Notes: generated by a model from the sequence alone, not told the origin. A stretch of DNA of 64,000 nt from Candidatus Latescibacterota bacterium (GCA_965116885.1 OZ220741.1:2912001-2976000); one strand, 5' to 3'. Shown: positions 28,324-40,140, numbered from the stretch's first letter. Program-made: numbers and translations.

Positions 28324-30108
28324 TCAAGAACCTACCTCGCGGAATCCTTTGGGTAAATCTTCTCCTTTCACAAGTGCAGCCTTCAATGCGCGTGAATGCT
28401 GACAATTTCCCCTGTATTGAAATCCGCGGCATGCACATGACACGTCGTTTCCATCTACTTCCAATTCGTAAAAAGCCCCTGGCCGTGACGAACTTTCCGC
28501 GCGATACTTTGCAATTTTTGGTCCACTCAACACCCGCGCCAAAATTTCAATAGCTTCTTGCGATGGTTGTTGGCGTTCAACAGGTTTACCCGTGCCCAAT
28601 GCTTCTGCATGCGCTTCCCGAAAGGCCGCGCTTGCCTCGCGCAATACATCGCCCATTTCCGCGCTGTCTATATCTCCTGGCAAGGCATTTTGCAATACAT
28701 CCATAATGCGTCGCATTTCTCCCATTACATCGCGATGGAAATCTTCGGGCAGCGCGCGGCCTTCTACCATCTGGTCGATCAAATCCGCTTTTGTTTCCAA
28801 CACTGTGCGCACAAATGTATCGACGGTATCGCGTCCAACCATATACGTTACATTTACCATACCCGTTTGCCCAATGCGATAAGCCCGATCTTCGGCTTGC
28901 CAGTGATTGACGGGTACCCAGTCCAGATCGTTAAAAATGATCTGGCGAGCTGCTGTCAGGTTTAGTCCCACGCCGCCTGCTGTGATATTTGCCAGTAATA
29001 ATCGCACGTCATCGTCTTCCTGAAACCGGTCTGCCCGTTCCTGTCGTTGTGCTACCGGCACTTCACCTGTGATGACCACGGCCTGGTCGCCGAATTTTGT
29101 TTTTAAAATTTCCAGTGGGCGCAAGAAGCACGAAAATACTATCGCTTTTTCCCCTTGATCCACCACATTTTCTACAAAGGGCAATGTCGTTCGCACTTTG
29201 GATGTCGCCAGGCGAAGTCTTGCTCTTGTCAACTGCCCCAGCGCGTGTCCCCGTTCTTCAGATGAAGGAGATTCCTCTAAAGCCTCTCGCGCACTTCGCC
29301 GAGAATATTTTTGCAGGAGATCCAGGACGGCTGTGCTCATTCGATGCGCGACCCGACTCGATACATCTACGTCCAACCACGTCCGTATTTTAGGTGGCAA
29401 ATCCAGGACCTGATTCTTTGTCCGCCGCAGCATAATTCCGTGCAAATGCACGGTTAATTCTTCGATATTACTCGCGCCATCAGTCACCCAGCCATATTCT
29501 CCTTTGTACGCATCGCAATACCGTTTTGCAAATCCCATAAAGCTACGTCCCAGAGCGTGTCGAGCAAGTTGTAGCAATGGAAAAAGATCTCTTGGCCGAC
29601 TCGTCAGGGGGGTGCCTGTCAAGAGATGTACCACTGTTTCTTCGGGCAATTGCTTTACCAGTTGCATAGAAAATTTGTGCCGCTGACTGCGGTGGTTTTT
29701 CAAATAATGCGCCTCGTCAAAGACAACGCCTTTCCAGTCCAGCGCGCAAAATGCATTGATGTGCTTGCCCAGGATATCGTAGTTGACAATCGCCCAACCC
29801 TCAAACTCCGCTTCAGGGGGATCGCCCGGTCCAATAATCCATGTCTGTACACGAGGTAGAACAACCGCAATTTCTCTCGCCCAATTGCGTTTCACCGTCG
29901 CCGGACAAATCACCAGATACGGTCCTTTGGGTTCGGTTTGTGACATGGCAATCACGGACTGCCGCGTTTTGCCCAGTCCCATGTCGTCGGCTAAGATCGA
30001 TCGCCGCCGCCCCATCAAAAATGCGATGCCCTCTACCTGATGTGGATAAAGTCCTTTGGCAATATCTGTTGCGCGGTTGAGTATTGCAGTGTCGAATGTT
30101 TTTGCCAT
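28324..30108 (-). CDS. SNF2-family helicase with C-terminal SWIM zinc finger
   Basis: LADDMGLGKT, DEAHYLKN, LTGTP, GVGLNL, QAEDRAYRIGQ; terminal CAC...CQH. Confidence 0.9.
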   Translation of the reverse strand: MAKTFDTAILNRATDIAKGLYPHQVEGIAFLMGRRRSILADDMGLGKTRQSVIAMSQTEPKGPYLVICPATVKRNWAREIAVVLPRVQTWIIGPGDPPEAEFEGWAIVNYDILGKHINAFCALDWKGVVFDEAHYLKNHRSQRHKFSMQLVKQLPEETVVHLLTGTPLTSRPRDLFPLLQLARHALGRSFMGFAKRYCDAYKGEYGWVTDGASNIEELTVHLHGIMLRRTKNQVLDLPPKIRTWLDVDVSSRVAHRMSTAVLDLLQKYSRRSAREALEESPSSEERGHALGQLTRARLRLATSKVRTTLPFVENVVDQGEKAIVFSCFLRPLEILKTKFGDQAVVITGEVPVAQRQERADRFQEDDDVRLLLANITAGGVGLNLTAARQIIFNDLDWVPVNHWQAEDRAYRIGQTGMVNVTYMVGRDTVDTFVRTVLETKADLIDQMVEGRALPEDFHRDVMGEMRRIMDVLQNALPGDIDSAEMGDVLREASAAFREAHAEALGTGKPVERQQPSQEAIEILARVLSGPKIAKYRAESSSRPGAFYELEVDGNDVSCACRGFQYRGNCQHSRALKAALVKGEDLPKGFREVGS

Positions 30109-30203
30109 CGAAGCGGTCTGTTCCGTGAATTTAGTTGCTTTTAAGATAACTCTTTTCTTTTTTTAATATAGTTTATACTTTGCTTTTTGCAATCTGCAAA
30201 TAA

Positions 30204-31697
<1,494 letters not shown>

Positions 31698-31719
31698 GTT
31701 ATCTGTTTTTGTACATGAC

Positions 31720-31757
31720 AAAGCGCTGTGCAGAACGATCTGCACAGCGCTTTTTTT
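31720..31757. terminator. Bidirectional intrinsic terminator between ilvC and RND gene
   Basis: AAAGCGCTGTGCAGA...TCTGCACAGCGCTTTTTTT. Confidence 0.85.
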
Positions 31758-31771
31758 GATGTTGGTGCGAT

Positions 31772-34700
31772 TCAGGCCCTTTTTGCCACGGCCACAATCC
31801 GTTTTGTATATCCCGACAGGTCATCCATGAGCGAATATATGGTGGGCAGAATGACGAGGGTGAGGATGGTAGAGATCGAGAGGCCAGAGATAATGACCAG
31901 CCCAATTGGGCCCCAACGCCTGGCATTGCCTTCGGCATTGCCGTAAATCATCGGAATAACCAGTGGCGTAAGCCCCAAAATGGTCGTGGTTGCGGTCATC
32001 AAAATGGGACGCAGGCGATCTTGTCCGCCGCGCAAGATCGCATCTCTGCGATATAGCCCCTGTTTGCGATAGCGATTGATGTGGTCGATTAATACAATGC
32101 CGTTGTTGACCACAATGCCAAATAAAATGAGCAACCCATAAGTCGCATTGCTATCCAGCGCAATGCCGAATATGTAAAGTCCCAATGCGACGCCTATAAA
32201 CGCGAAGCTGATAGAAAACATGATGGTAAATGGATGGATGTACGATTCAAATAGGGAAGCCATGATGAGATAAATGAGCAGGGCGGCAAATATCATGGTG
32301 AAATTCGTTTCGCCCTCTTCTGAAGCCATATAGCGGAACCGCCGATCCATCTGCCAGCTATACCCATTGGGCAATGGGATGGCATCCATGCGGTCGCGCA
32401 TTTCATAACCGACCGTTTGGACTTCGGATGCTTCCGTGTTTGCGAACACGGTTACGGTTGACATTCGGTCCTGACGCTCGATGGATCGGGGACCTTTGGT
32501 CAATTCGAAATCCGCCAGGCTGGCAAATGCAATCATAGTGCCGCGGTTGTTTTCAAAGGAGAGGGTCTTGAGCTGATCCAGCGTGGCGCGGTCTTCCTCT
32601 CGCAATTGCAGCGCGATATCAATTTCTCCATCTGGTGTCTTGAATTTGCTATTTCCACGAGAACCCAATGCCGTGGCAACAGTTGTGGCAATTTGCTGGG
32701 GTGAAAGGCCGTATTGTTGCGCGCGTTCTCTCCTCACCGAGACCCTGATTTCTTCTGTGCCACTTTCCAGACTGGTTTCCACGTCGTGAATGCCTTCAAT
32801 ATCGTCCATTCGCAGCCGAATATCTTCAGCCAGGATAGCCAGCACTTCGGGATTTCGCCCTTTGATTTCTACTCCGACGCCCGTGCCACTGCTGCCACCA
32901 CGCCTGTAGCCAGCCTTAAAACGCACGCCCGGGATGTCTTTGGGCAGCAAAGCACTTACCTTTTTTTTCACATCGTCTGTGCTCAACGGACTTTCTTCGA
33001 CGGGTTTTAGGTACAAATAAATCGTATTGCCGCGTCGGGTGCTAAATCGCGTTTTTATCGCTTCGATATCCAGTTCTTCCTTTTGCGGGATGATAATGGC
33101 TTCAATCTGTTTAAAAAGCGCGAGGGCGTCGTCGATATCGTACGTTCGCGGCATTTCCACCATATAGCTCACCCTGCGGTCGGGTTGATAGCGATAGCGC
33201 TGTACTTCAATTTTGGTAAAGATGTATATGCCGCCAAAGAGGATAAATGTCGCGACGACAACGGTGGTCCAGCGATAGTGTAGCGTGGTGCTAATTACGC
33301 GCGTGTAAACACCTTTGAGGCCAAGATGTCGAAATCGGAAATAGAGATAGCCGATTGTGGCGACGAACGCCCCCAGCACGATCCACACGCCTATCGGCAC
33401 GGTTGAAAGTCCGCCCAAAATCCACAGGGTACTATCTTTGAGCCAGGTAGCCGATTCGACAATACCCTCCTGGTAAATGAGATACGCCGCGCCTGCGGCA
33501 AATAAAGTACCCAATCCAATTTTCAAAAAGAGATCGACGCGGGTACCCGCATTTGAAAATGCCCGAGAGCAGGCCAGGGGTATGAGTGTTAAAGCCACGC
33601 ATAGTGCGGCTACGACTGCAATGCATACGGTGATGGCAAAATCGCGCATCCACATTGTATTGTACGAGCCAGAAATGAAGATGAGGGGGACAAAGACACA
33701 TATTGTCGTCAGTGCCGCCGCCAGTACGGGTATGCCGATTTCACGGCTGCCCACAATCGCTGCGGTTCGCGTGCCATCGCCTACATCAAAACGCCTGCGA
33801 TAAATATTTTCCAGAGCCACGACCGCTGGATCGACCAGCATCCCAATGGCGACCATCAGCCCCATCATCGAGATCATGTTCAGCGTGATAGTCGATCCAA
33901 ACACTTGCCGCATCAGATACATGATCATAAAAACGCACAATACCGAAATGGGAATGGCGGACCCCACAATGAGCGTGCTGCGGAAGTTTCGCAAAAACAC
34001 AAAAATGATGCCAATAGCCAGCATGCCTCCCAACATGGCGGATTGCCCCAGGCTGGCAATGCCCCTTACCACTGCTTCTGATTGGTCTCGGCGCAAGTGC
34101 AATCGCAATTTGTCGTGCCCAATTTCATCTTGAAGAGCGTCTAACTCTGCCCGGACCAGGCGGCAGGTTTCTACCAGATTGGCTGCCGAGGTTTTGCGAA
34201 TTTCCATAGAGACCACATCGCGCCCGTCCATGCGTTCAAAATATCGCTTTTCCGGATAGTCGTAACTCACCTGCGCCACATCTTTTATTTCCAGACCATT
34301 GGGAAGCGTGAGATCGCGTATTTGATCCACTTCGTCAAATTCGCCCACTGCCCGCACCGCGAGGCGTTTGTCGCCTTCGGTGACGTAACCGCCAGAAATA
34401 TTGATGTTGTTGGAGCGTATCGTTCTGTTGAGGGTGCGGATGTCCAGGCCATGGGCGTGCATGCGATTTTTATCGACATCGACTCGGAGTATTCTTTCAT
34501 CGACACCTTCCATTTCGACATTGCCCACCCCGGGGATGCGCTGCAAGCGCGGCAAGATCGTGTTTTTATAGACTGTGGCGAGTTCAGATTGATCATCGCC
34601 CAGCCAGATCATGTTGTAGTCCAGAATTTCCCAATCCGACGAGTCCCATCGGCGCATCTCAATGCGTTCGAGGTCTTCGGGGAGTCTGCCGCGAACCTGA

Positions 34701-35038
34701 TCTATGCGATCTCGTACCTGAATAGATTTGAGATCCATGTCGGTACCGTAGTCAAATTCCATGAACACATAACCCCGACTGTCATAGGATCGCGCGCGGA
34801 GTGATTCAACGCCGGGAATCGTGCCCAGCATCTCTTCCATTGGCTTGGTAATTTTCTTTTGGATCTCTTCGGGCGATGACGAGGGATATGTATAGCTCAC
34901 ATACATTCTGGGATACTGCAAGTCGGGCGCGTATTCGAGGGGCAATCTGAATAGAGAAATAAAACCCATGACTATGAGACTGAGCGCTATCATTACAGCA
35001 GTAATGGGTTTTTTGATTGCGTATTCCGAGAGTTTCAT
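31772..35038 (-). CDS. RND efflux transporter permease (AcrB/AcrD/AcrF family)
   Basis: FLRNFRSTLI, GMLVDPAVVALENI, LFESYIHPF, GIVVNNGIVLID, RLRPILMT; 1088 aa. Confidence 0.93.
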   Translation of the reverse strand: MKLSEYAIKKPITAVMIALSLIVMGFISLFRLPLEYAPDLQYPRMYVSYTYPSSSPEEIQKKITKPMEEMLGTIPGVESLRARSYDSRGYVFMEFDYGTDMDLKSIQVRDRIDQVRGRLPEDLERIEMRRWDSSDWEILDYNMIWLGDDQSELATVYKNTILPRLQRIPGVGNVEMEGVDERILRVDVDKNRMHAHGLDIRTLNRTIRSNNINISGGYVTEGDKRLAVRAVGEFDEVDQIRDLTLPNGLEIKDVAQVSYDYPEKRYFERMDGRDVVSMEIRKTSAANLVETCRLVRAELDALQDEIGHDKLRLHLRRDQSEAVVRGIASLGQSAMLGGMLAIGIIFVFLRNFRSTLIVGSAIPISVLCVFMIMYLMRQVFGSTITLNMISMMGLMVAIGMLVDPAVVALENIYRRRFDVGDGTRTAAIVGSREIGIPVLAAALTTICVFVPLIFISGSYNTMWMRDFAITVCIAVVAALCVALTLIPLACSRAFSNAGTRVDLFLKIGLGTLFAAGAAYLIYQEGIVESATWLKDSTLWILGGLSTVPIGVWIVLGAFVATIGYLYFRFRHLGLKGVYTRVISTTLHYRWTTVVVATFILFGGIYIFTKIEVQRYRYQPDRRVSYMVEMPRTYDIDDALALFKQIEAIIIPQKEELDIEAIKTRFSTRRGNTIYLYLKPVEESPLSTDDVKKKVSALLPKDIPGVRFKAGYRRGGSSGTGVGVEIKGRNPEVLAILAEDIRLRMDDIEGIHDVETSLESGTEEIRVSVRRERAQQYGLSPQQIATTVATALGSRGNSKFKTPDGEIDIALQLREEDRATLDQLKTLSFENNRGTMIAFASLADFELTKGPRSIERQDRMSTVTVFANTEASEVQTVGYEMRDRMDAIPLPNGYSWQMDRRFRYMASEEGETNFTMIFAALLIYLIMASLFESYIHPFTIMFSISFAFIGVALGLYIFGIALDSNATYGLLILFGIVVNNGIVLIDHINRYRKQGLYRRDAILRGGQDRLRPILMTATTTILGLTPLVIPMIYGNAEGNARRWGPIGLVIISGLSISTILTLVILPTIYSLMDDLSGYTKRIVAVAKRA

Positions 35039-35132
35039 AAATGGGCCTCAAAGGGGCAAAAATTGAAGGTTGAAGTAAGAAGTGAGACGCGAATCTCAGG
35101 GTGCGTCTATCAGTGACTGAGACAGATTTCGC

Positions 35133-35150
35133 TAAGTAACCATTTACTTA
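35133..35150. promoter_or_regulatory. Palindromic operator candidate upstream of RND gene
   Basis: TAAGTAA-CCAT-TTACTTA perfect 7-bp inverted repeat in the divergent intergenic region. Confidence 0.45.
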
Positions 35151-35302
35151 CTTATGGATAATATACCACATTTTATCACAAAAGCAACCACAGTTTTAAA
35201 AAATTTCACCGTTACAGAAAAGACTTGCGATTTTGTTTTAATAGATATTTCATGCTGAAGTCTGGAACATAATCACATATTCACTTTTCAAAGGAGACTT
35301 CC

Positions 35303-36184
35303 ATGGGCAATCGCGTCAATCGCGCAGTTGAGTTGCTTTCAGAAGATCAACCGATCTATTACACGGGCGCACATACCGGGCATGTGCTTACGTTTGAACA
35401 GGGACAGAATGATGCCAGTACCTGGGCGGATTATATCAATGTTGGTATGGAACACGGGGCTTTTAATCTGGGAGGTCTCGACGATTATATGCGCGGTCTG
35501 GTGAGTGGAGGACCTACAAATAGTGGGCACAGGACGCCAGCCGTTATTGTCGAAGCGCCTGTGGAGGGCGCATCGGAAAATATTGTGCGCTACAATGCCT
35601 GGCAATTTCGACAGATTCTCGCGCGCGGTGTACACGGCGTTTTGCTCTGTCAGGCGGAATCGCCCGATGCGATACGCGCTTTTGTCGAATCGTGTCGCTA
35701 TCCCATTAACAAAAGCGGCGTTGGACACGGCCTCAGTACAGGTACTCGAGGCGTGGGGTCCGAATCATCGGCATCAGCGATATGGGGTGTTAGCCGCGAC
35801 GAGTATATTCAGAAGGCCGATCCCTATCCACTGAATCCCGATGGCGAACTGTTGCTGGGCATCAAGATTGAGAATGTGCGCGGTGCATCCAATATCGAAC
35901 AGATTCTCAAGGTGCCCGGTATTGGGTTTGCCGAAATGGGACCGGGCGATTTGAGTATGTCGATGGGGTATTTGCACCGTCCAACGCCTTTTCCTCCCGA
36001 AATGCAGGAGGTGAGGGATCGCGTGAAGGCCGCGTGTGCAGAAAACGGCGTTGCTTTTCTCGAGGGGGGTAGTCCCGAGACGGTTGCCGCAAAAATAGAC
36101 GAGGGCGTGCGCGTGATTTCCGGTGGCAGGGAAGAGATCGCGCGTATTGGACGCGAATATTCAGGCCGTCGCATGCCGGTTTAA
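35303..36184 (+). CDS. HpcH/HpaI aldolase/citrate lyase family protein
   Basis: MEHG, FVESCRYP, GTRG, KIEN..G..NIEQILKVPGI...GPGDLSMSMG. Confidence 0.85.
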   Translation: MGNRVNRAVELLSEDQPIYYTGAHTGHVLTFEQGQNDASTWADYINVGMEHGAFNLGGLDDYMRGLVSGGPTNSGHRTPAVIVEAPVEGASENIVRYNAWQFRQILARGVHGVLLCQAESPDAIRAFVESCRYPINKSGVGHGLSTGTRGVGSESSASAIWGVSRDEYIQKADPYPLNPDGELLLGIKIENVRGASNIEQILKVPGIGFAEMGPGDLSMSMGYLHRPTPFPPEMQEVRDRVKAACAENGVAFLEGGSPETVAAKIDEGVRVISGGREEIARIGREYSGRRMPV

Positions 36185-36233
36185 AGGCGAATCAGCGGAA
36201 CGGGGTACAACTGGTTCGGGACAGTTCATCAAT

Positions 36234-36279
36234 GTAGGGGCGGTGCCCCTGTGCCCGCCCGTTGGGTGGTAGGGCGGGG
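36234..36279 (+). repeat. GTAG-type REP-like palindromic element plus partial second copy
   Basis: GTAGGGGCGGTGCCCCTGTGCCCGCCC (GTAG foot plus GGGCGG/CCGCCC stem); GTAGGGCGGGG at 36269. Confidence 0.55.
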
Positions 36280-36319
36280 TTCGTCTATTCGTCTATTCGT
36301 CTATTTGTCTATTTGTCTA
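36280..36319. repeat. Octamer tandem repeat (TTYGTCTA x5)
   Basis: ttcgtcta x3 then tttgtcta x2; the last unit holds the TAG of the minus-strand gene. Confidence 0.9.
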
Positions 36320-36790
36320 AAATGGATTGCCCTGGCGGGCCAGCTCAAATTTTCGCCAGCCGACTTGTTTGCCATTTTCGAATACTTTTTCCAGTGTGTA
36401 AAAGGAGGACGGGTCGTATTCGCGCCAGACGCCCGTTTTTTTATCTTCCAGATATAGACCTTCCTCTTTTTTCACACCGCTTCTAAAATAGGAAGCCCAA
36501 TACCCGTCTTTTTTTCCGTTTGTCCAGTTGCTTTCTGTGTTTTTTTGTCCATTGCTGTAAAATGTGATTTCAAGCCCGTCTTGCATGACGCCATTTTTGT
36601 ATGTGCCCTGTCCGCGCACGTTGCCCGCAGCATCGTAATATGTCCAAATCCCAGTGCGATCACCGCTGTCGTATTGTCCTTTTGCCACTACGCGGCCGTA
36701 TTGTTTTATTTCTGTCTGTCCTTCAAATAGCGAGGGCATCTGACACCCGGCTGTGAGGATTGCCACGAGAAGAATTACAACTTTGATCAT
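36317..36790 (-). CDS. MORN-like repeat lipoprotein (YwqK antitoxin-like family)
   Basis: Lipobox LTAGC; repeats G.Y..G.K.G.W..Y; start set at ATG 36790. Confidence 0.78.
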   Translation of the reverse strand: MIKVVILLVAILTAGCQMPSLFEGQTEIKQYGRVVAKGQYDSGDRTGIWTYYDAAGNVRGQGTYKNGVMQDGLEITFYSNGQKNTESNWTNGKKDGYWASYFRSGVKKEEGLYLEDKKTGVWREYDPSSFYTLEKVFENGKQVGWRKFELARQGNPF

Positions 36791-37012
36791 TTTTTTCTCC
36801 TGTTTCTTTGATGGATATTTTAATGTAATATAACTAATATACAAAACTGCTTTCATAAGGCAAAGATGAAATGACAAATGACTTGTTTAGTGTCTGTGCG
36901 TAAATTGGATCTCAACCAAAAAGCGATTGCACTCAACGATCTCTTTATTGTTACCACCATCCTCTCATAGTATTTTGTAAACAGTTCGCCCATTGGGATA
37001 ACAAGTCCAAAT

Positions 37013-37738
37013 ATGTTACTCACCGAACTTGGCCAACGCCTTCGCGCTCAACGGGAACGCCTTGGCCTCAAGCAAAACGACGTTGCCAATGCCCTGCAGG
37101 TAAGCCCACAGGCCGTTTCCAAGTGGGAAAGGGGTGAAAACGGTCCCGACATCGCTACTCTGGGACCTCTTGCCAGATTGCTCGGCGTTTCTACGGACTG
37201 GCTTTTGGATGCACATGGCGAAAATCAAGATGTTTTTGATGCCACTATCTTCACATCCACAGTTGTCGGTGCATACCAAAAATCATTGCAAATGGAGGCG
37301 CGAGAGTTTGCAGCATGGGCAAATGGTATTTTGTTTCAATTGACCGAAGCTGTGTTGCGCCATGATGGCGTTCCGCTCAGATATATGGGAGACGCATTTT
37401 TGTGTTTTTTTTCCGGCGTTCACCATCAGCTTCGCGCTGCCCAGGCAGCGGCATTTTCCCAGCGGCTCATCAGCGAAGATCTGGTCATTGGCTTGAGCAG
37501 TGGTGAGATTTATTTGGGGGCAATGGGGCATCCCGATTACGCTCATCCGGATGTGACCGGAGAAGTGGTCAACATCGCATTTATTGTTCGAGAATGGGCA
37601 GAAACGAATGTCCGCAAAGGGATTGCAGCAACGACATCCGTGTCAAACAATCTCGATGAGGTTTTTGATATTTCCCAACCCACAGAAATCAATTTTCGAG
37701 GCATCGAAACGCCTATTTCAATTTGCGAGATCAGATAG
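37013..37738 (+). CDS. XRE-family HTH regulator fused to a class III nucleotidyl-cyclase-like domain
   Basis: LRAQRERLGLKQNDVA..LQVSPQAVSKWERG...PD......LARLLGVSTDWLL; then RYMGDAFLCFFSG and IGLSSGEIYLG...DVTGEVVNIA resembling adenylate/guanylate cyclase motifs. Confidence 0.82.
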   Translation: MLLTELGQRLRAQRERLGLKQNDVANALQVSPQAVSKWERGENGPDIATLGPLARLLGVSTDWLLDAHGENQDVFDATIFTSTVVGAYQKSLQMEAREFAAWANGILFQLTEAVLRHDGVPLRYMGDAFLCFFSGVHHQLRAAQAAAFSQRLISEDLVIGLSSGEIYLGAMGHPDYAHPDVTGEVVNIAFIVREWAETNVRKGIAATTSVSNNLDEVFDISQPTEINFRGIETPISICEIR

Positions 37739-37768
37739 GGGTATGCCAACCGAGAGAAAGGATAAAAT

Positions 37769-39220
37769 ATGGCCGATGTAGTGTTGCCCGATAGCGCGAT
37801 TGATATTCAAATTCCCGATTATTCGCACCTGCCCTATAAAGTCGCCGATATGTCTCAGGCAGATTTTGGACGGAAAGAGATCACAATTGCCGAGCAGGAG
37901 ATGCCCGGTTTGATGGCTGTGCGCGAAAAATACGCAGACCAGAAACCTCTGAAGGGTGCCCGCATAACGGGCTCGCTTCACATGACGATTCAGACCGCTG
38001 TGTTGATTGAGTCGCTCAAAGTGCTGGGAGCCGATGTGCGTTGGGCGTCGTGTAATATTTTTTCAACACAAGACCACGCTGCTGCCGCGATTGCAGAAAC
38101 GGGTACGCCGGTCTATGCGTGGAAGGGCGAGTCGCTGGAAGAGTATTGGGAATGCACTTTGCAGGCACTCAATTTTGTGGAGGGCGGACCGACACTTATT
38201 GTCGATGATGGAGGAGATGCGACGTTGCTGGTTCATAGGGGGTATCAGGCAGAAGACGATCCTTCAATTCTCGATGAGCCGACCGATAATCGCGAATTGG
38301 AGATTGTCAATGCCGTGCTGAGGCGGCAACTCGAGCGCGATCCGCGTTTTTGGCATAATATGGCTGTGGATATTCAGGGCGTGTCAGAGGAGACTACAAC
38401 GGGTGTTCACCGCCTGTATCAGATGCGGGATGACGGCACGCTTCTCTTTCCCGCGATAAATGTCAATGATTCGGTGACCAAATCGAAATTCGATAATCTC
38501 TATGGCTGCCGCGAATCGCTCGCCGATGGTATTAAGCGCGCGACGGATGTTATGGTCGCTGGTAAGGTCGTTTGCGTGTGCGGTTACGGTGATGTGGGCA
38601 AGGGATGTGCCCAGTCTATGCGGGGATTTGGCGCGCGCGTGTTGGTGACGGAGATCGATCCGATATGTGCTTTGCAGGCGGCGATGGAGGGCTTTGAAGT
38701 GACGACTGTGGAAGATGCCCTTTCCGAAGCCAATATTTTTGTTACGACGACGGGAAATACAGATATTATCCGCATTGAGCACATGAAAAATATGCTCGAT
38801 CAATCCATTGTGTGCAATATCGGGCATTTCGACAATGAGATTCAGGTCGATAAGCTGGTCGATTATCCGGGTATTGAGCACGAAAATATCAAGCCGCAGG
38901 TCGATAAATACACGTTTCCAGATGGGCATGCGATTTTTTTGCTCGCAGAAGGCCGTCTGGTCAATCTCGGCTGTGCAACCGGGCATCCTTCTTTTGTGAT
39001 GTCCAATTCTTTTACGAATCAGGTGCTGGCGCAGATGGATCTGTGGGCACAACAGCGCGAAGTCGGCGTTTATACGTTGCCCAAACACCTCGACGAGGAG
39101 GTTGCGCGCCTTCATCTTGAAAAACTCGGTGTAAAGTTGACTCAACTCACGCAGAAGCAGGCCGATTATATTGGCGTGTCTGTCGAAGGTCCGTATAAAC
39201 CCGGTCATTACCGGTATTAA
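37769..39220 (+). CDS. ahcY: Adenosylhomocysteinase
   Basis: [54 protein letters not shown] terminus. Confidence 0.99.
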   Translation: MADVVLPDSAIDIQIPDYSHLPYKVADMSQADFGRKEITIAEQEMPGLMAVREKYADQKPLKGARITGSLHMTIQTAVLIESLKVLGADVRWASCNIFSTQDHAAAAIAETGTPVYAWKGESLEEYWECTLQALNFVEGGPTLIVDDGGDATLLVHRGYQAEDDPSILDEPTDNRELEIVNAVLRRQLERDPRFWHNMAVDIQGVSEETTTGVHRLYQMRDDGTLLFPAINVNDSVTKSKFDNLYGCRESLADGIKRATDVMVAGKVVCVCGYGDVGKGCAQSMRGFGARVLVTEIDPICALQAAMEGFEVTTVEDALSEANIFVTTTGNTDIIRIEHMKNMLDQSIVCNIGHFDNEIQVDKLVDYPGIEHENIKPQVDKYTFPDGHAIFLLAEGRLVNLGCATGHPSFVMSNSFTNQVLAQMDLWAQQREVGVYTLPKHLDEEVARLHLEKLGVKLTQLTQKQADYIGVSVEGPYKPGHYRY

Positions 39221-39261
39221 CGCTCAGGGGCTGGGAGCTTATTCCCAGTCCCAACTTTTTT

Positions 39262-40140
39262 ATGCGATTTTTAGACTATTTTACCGGCAATCAACCGGTC
39301 ATTTCGTTTGAGATTTATCCGCCGCAGACGCCGGGTGGTATGCGCGCGCTCAAAGCGCGGATTGTGCCCAATTTGCTCAAGTTGAATCCCAGTTATATGA
39401 CGGTTACGTATGGCGCTGGTGGCTCTACTCGCGCTAAGACGCTGGAGATTGCCTCGCTTATCCAGAACGAATTTGGTCTGACTTCGGCGTGTCATCTCAC
39501 CTGTGTGGGATCGTCCCGAACGGATATCGATGATATTTTGAAGGCGATTCGCACAGAGGGTATTCGCAATATTGTCGCGCTTCGCGGCGATCCTCCGCGT
39601 GGCGAAGATACTTTTGTGCCTGCCAAGGATGGATTTGCTTATGGCAATGAGCTTGTGGCGCATATTCGCAGTACGGAACCGAAAGACGATGGGTTTGGGT
39701 TGGCTGTTGCGGGGTATCCCGAGAAACACCTCGAAGCGCCCGATTTCGATACGGATATTGCAAATTTGAAGCGGAAGGTTGAGTCTGGTGGAGATATTGT
39801 TATTACGCAGCTTTTTTATAATAACGATAACTTTTTTCGTTTTGTCGATCGCGTGCGTGCAGCCCGTATCACAGCACCTGTTGTTCCGGGTCTGATGCCG
39901 ATTCTCGCGGCGGGACAGATCCAGCGCATCGCATCTCTGTGCGGGGCTGAGATTCCTCAGGATTTGCAGGATCAACTCAGGGGGGCTGTGGATGATGAAG
40001 ACAAGGCGATGAAAATCGGTATTGATCAGTGTATCGCGCAGGCGACTGAATTGCTCGAACAGGGCGTGCCGGGTATTCACTTTTACGTGCTGAACAAATC
40101 CACTCACATGCGCCAGATTATCAAAGCACTTCCTCTCTAA
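39262..40140 (+). CDS. metF: 5,10-methylenetetrahydrofolate reductase
   Basis: SFEIYPP, VTYGAGG, HLTC, ALRGDPP, AGYPEKH, ITQLF, HFYVLN. Confidence 0.97.
   Translation: MRFLDYFTGNQPVISFEIYPPQTPGGMRALKARIVPNLLKLNPSYMTVTYGAGGSTRAKTLEIASLIQNEFGLTSACHLTCVGSSRTDIDDILKAIRTEGIRNIVALRGDPPRGEDTFVPAKDGFAYGNELVAHIRSTEPKDDGFGLAVAGYPEKHLEAPDFDTDIANLKRKVESGGDIVITQLFYNNDNFFRFVDRVRAARITAPVVPGLMPILAAGQIQRIASLCGAEIPQDLQDQLRGAVDDEDKAMKIGIDQCIAQATELLEQGVPGIHFYVLNKSTHMRQIIKALPL

Noticed and set aside
36878..37012. SAH/SAM riboswitch or SahR box before the ahcY operon
   Set aside because: No recognisable aptamer core or SahR-type palindrome seen by eye.
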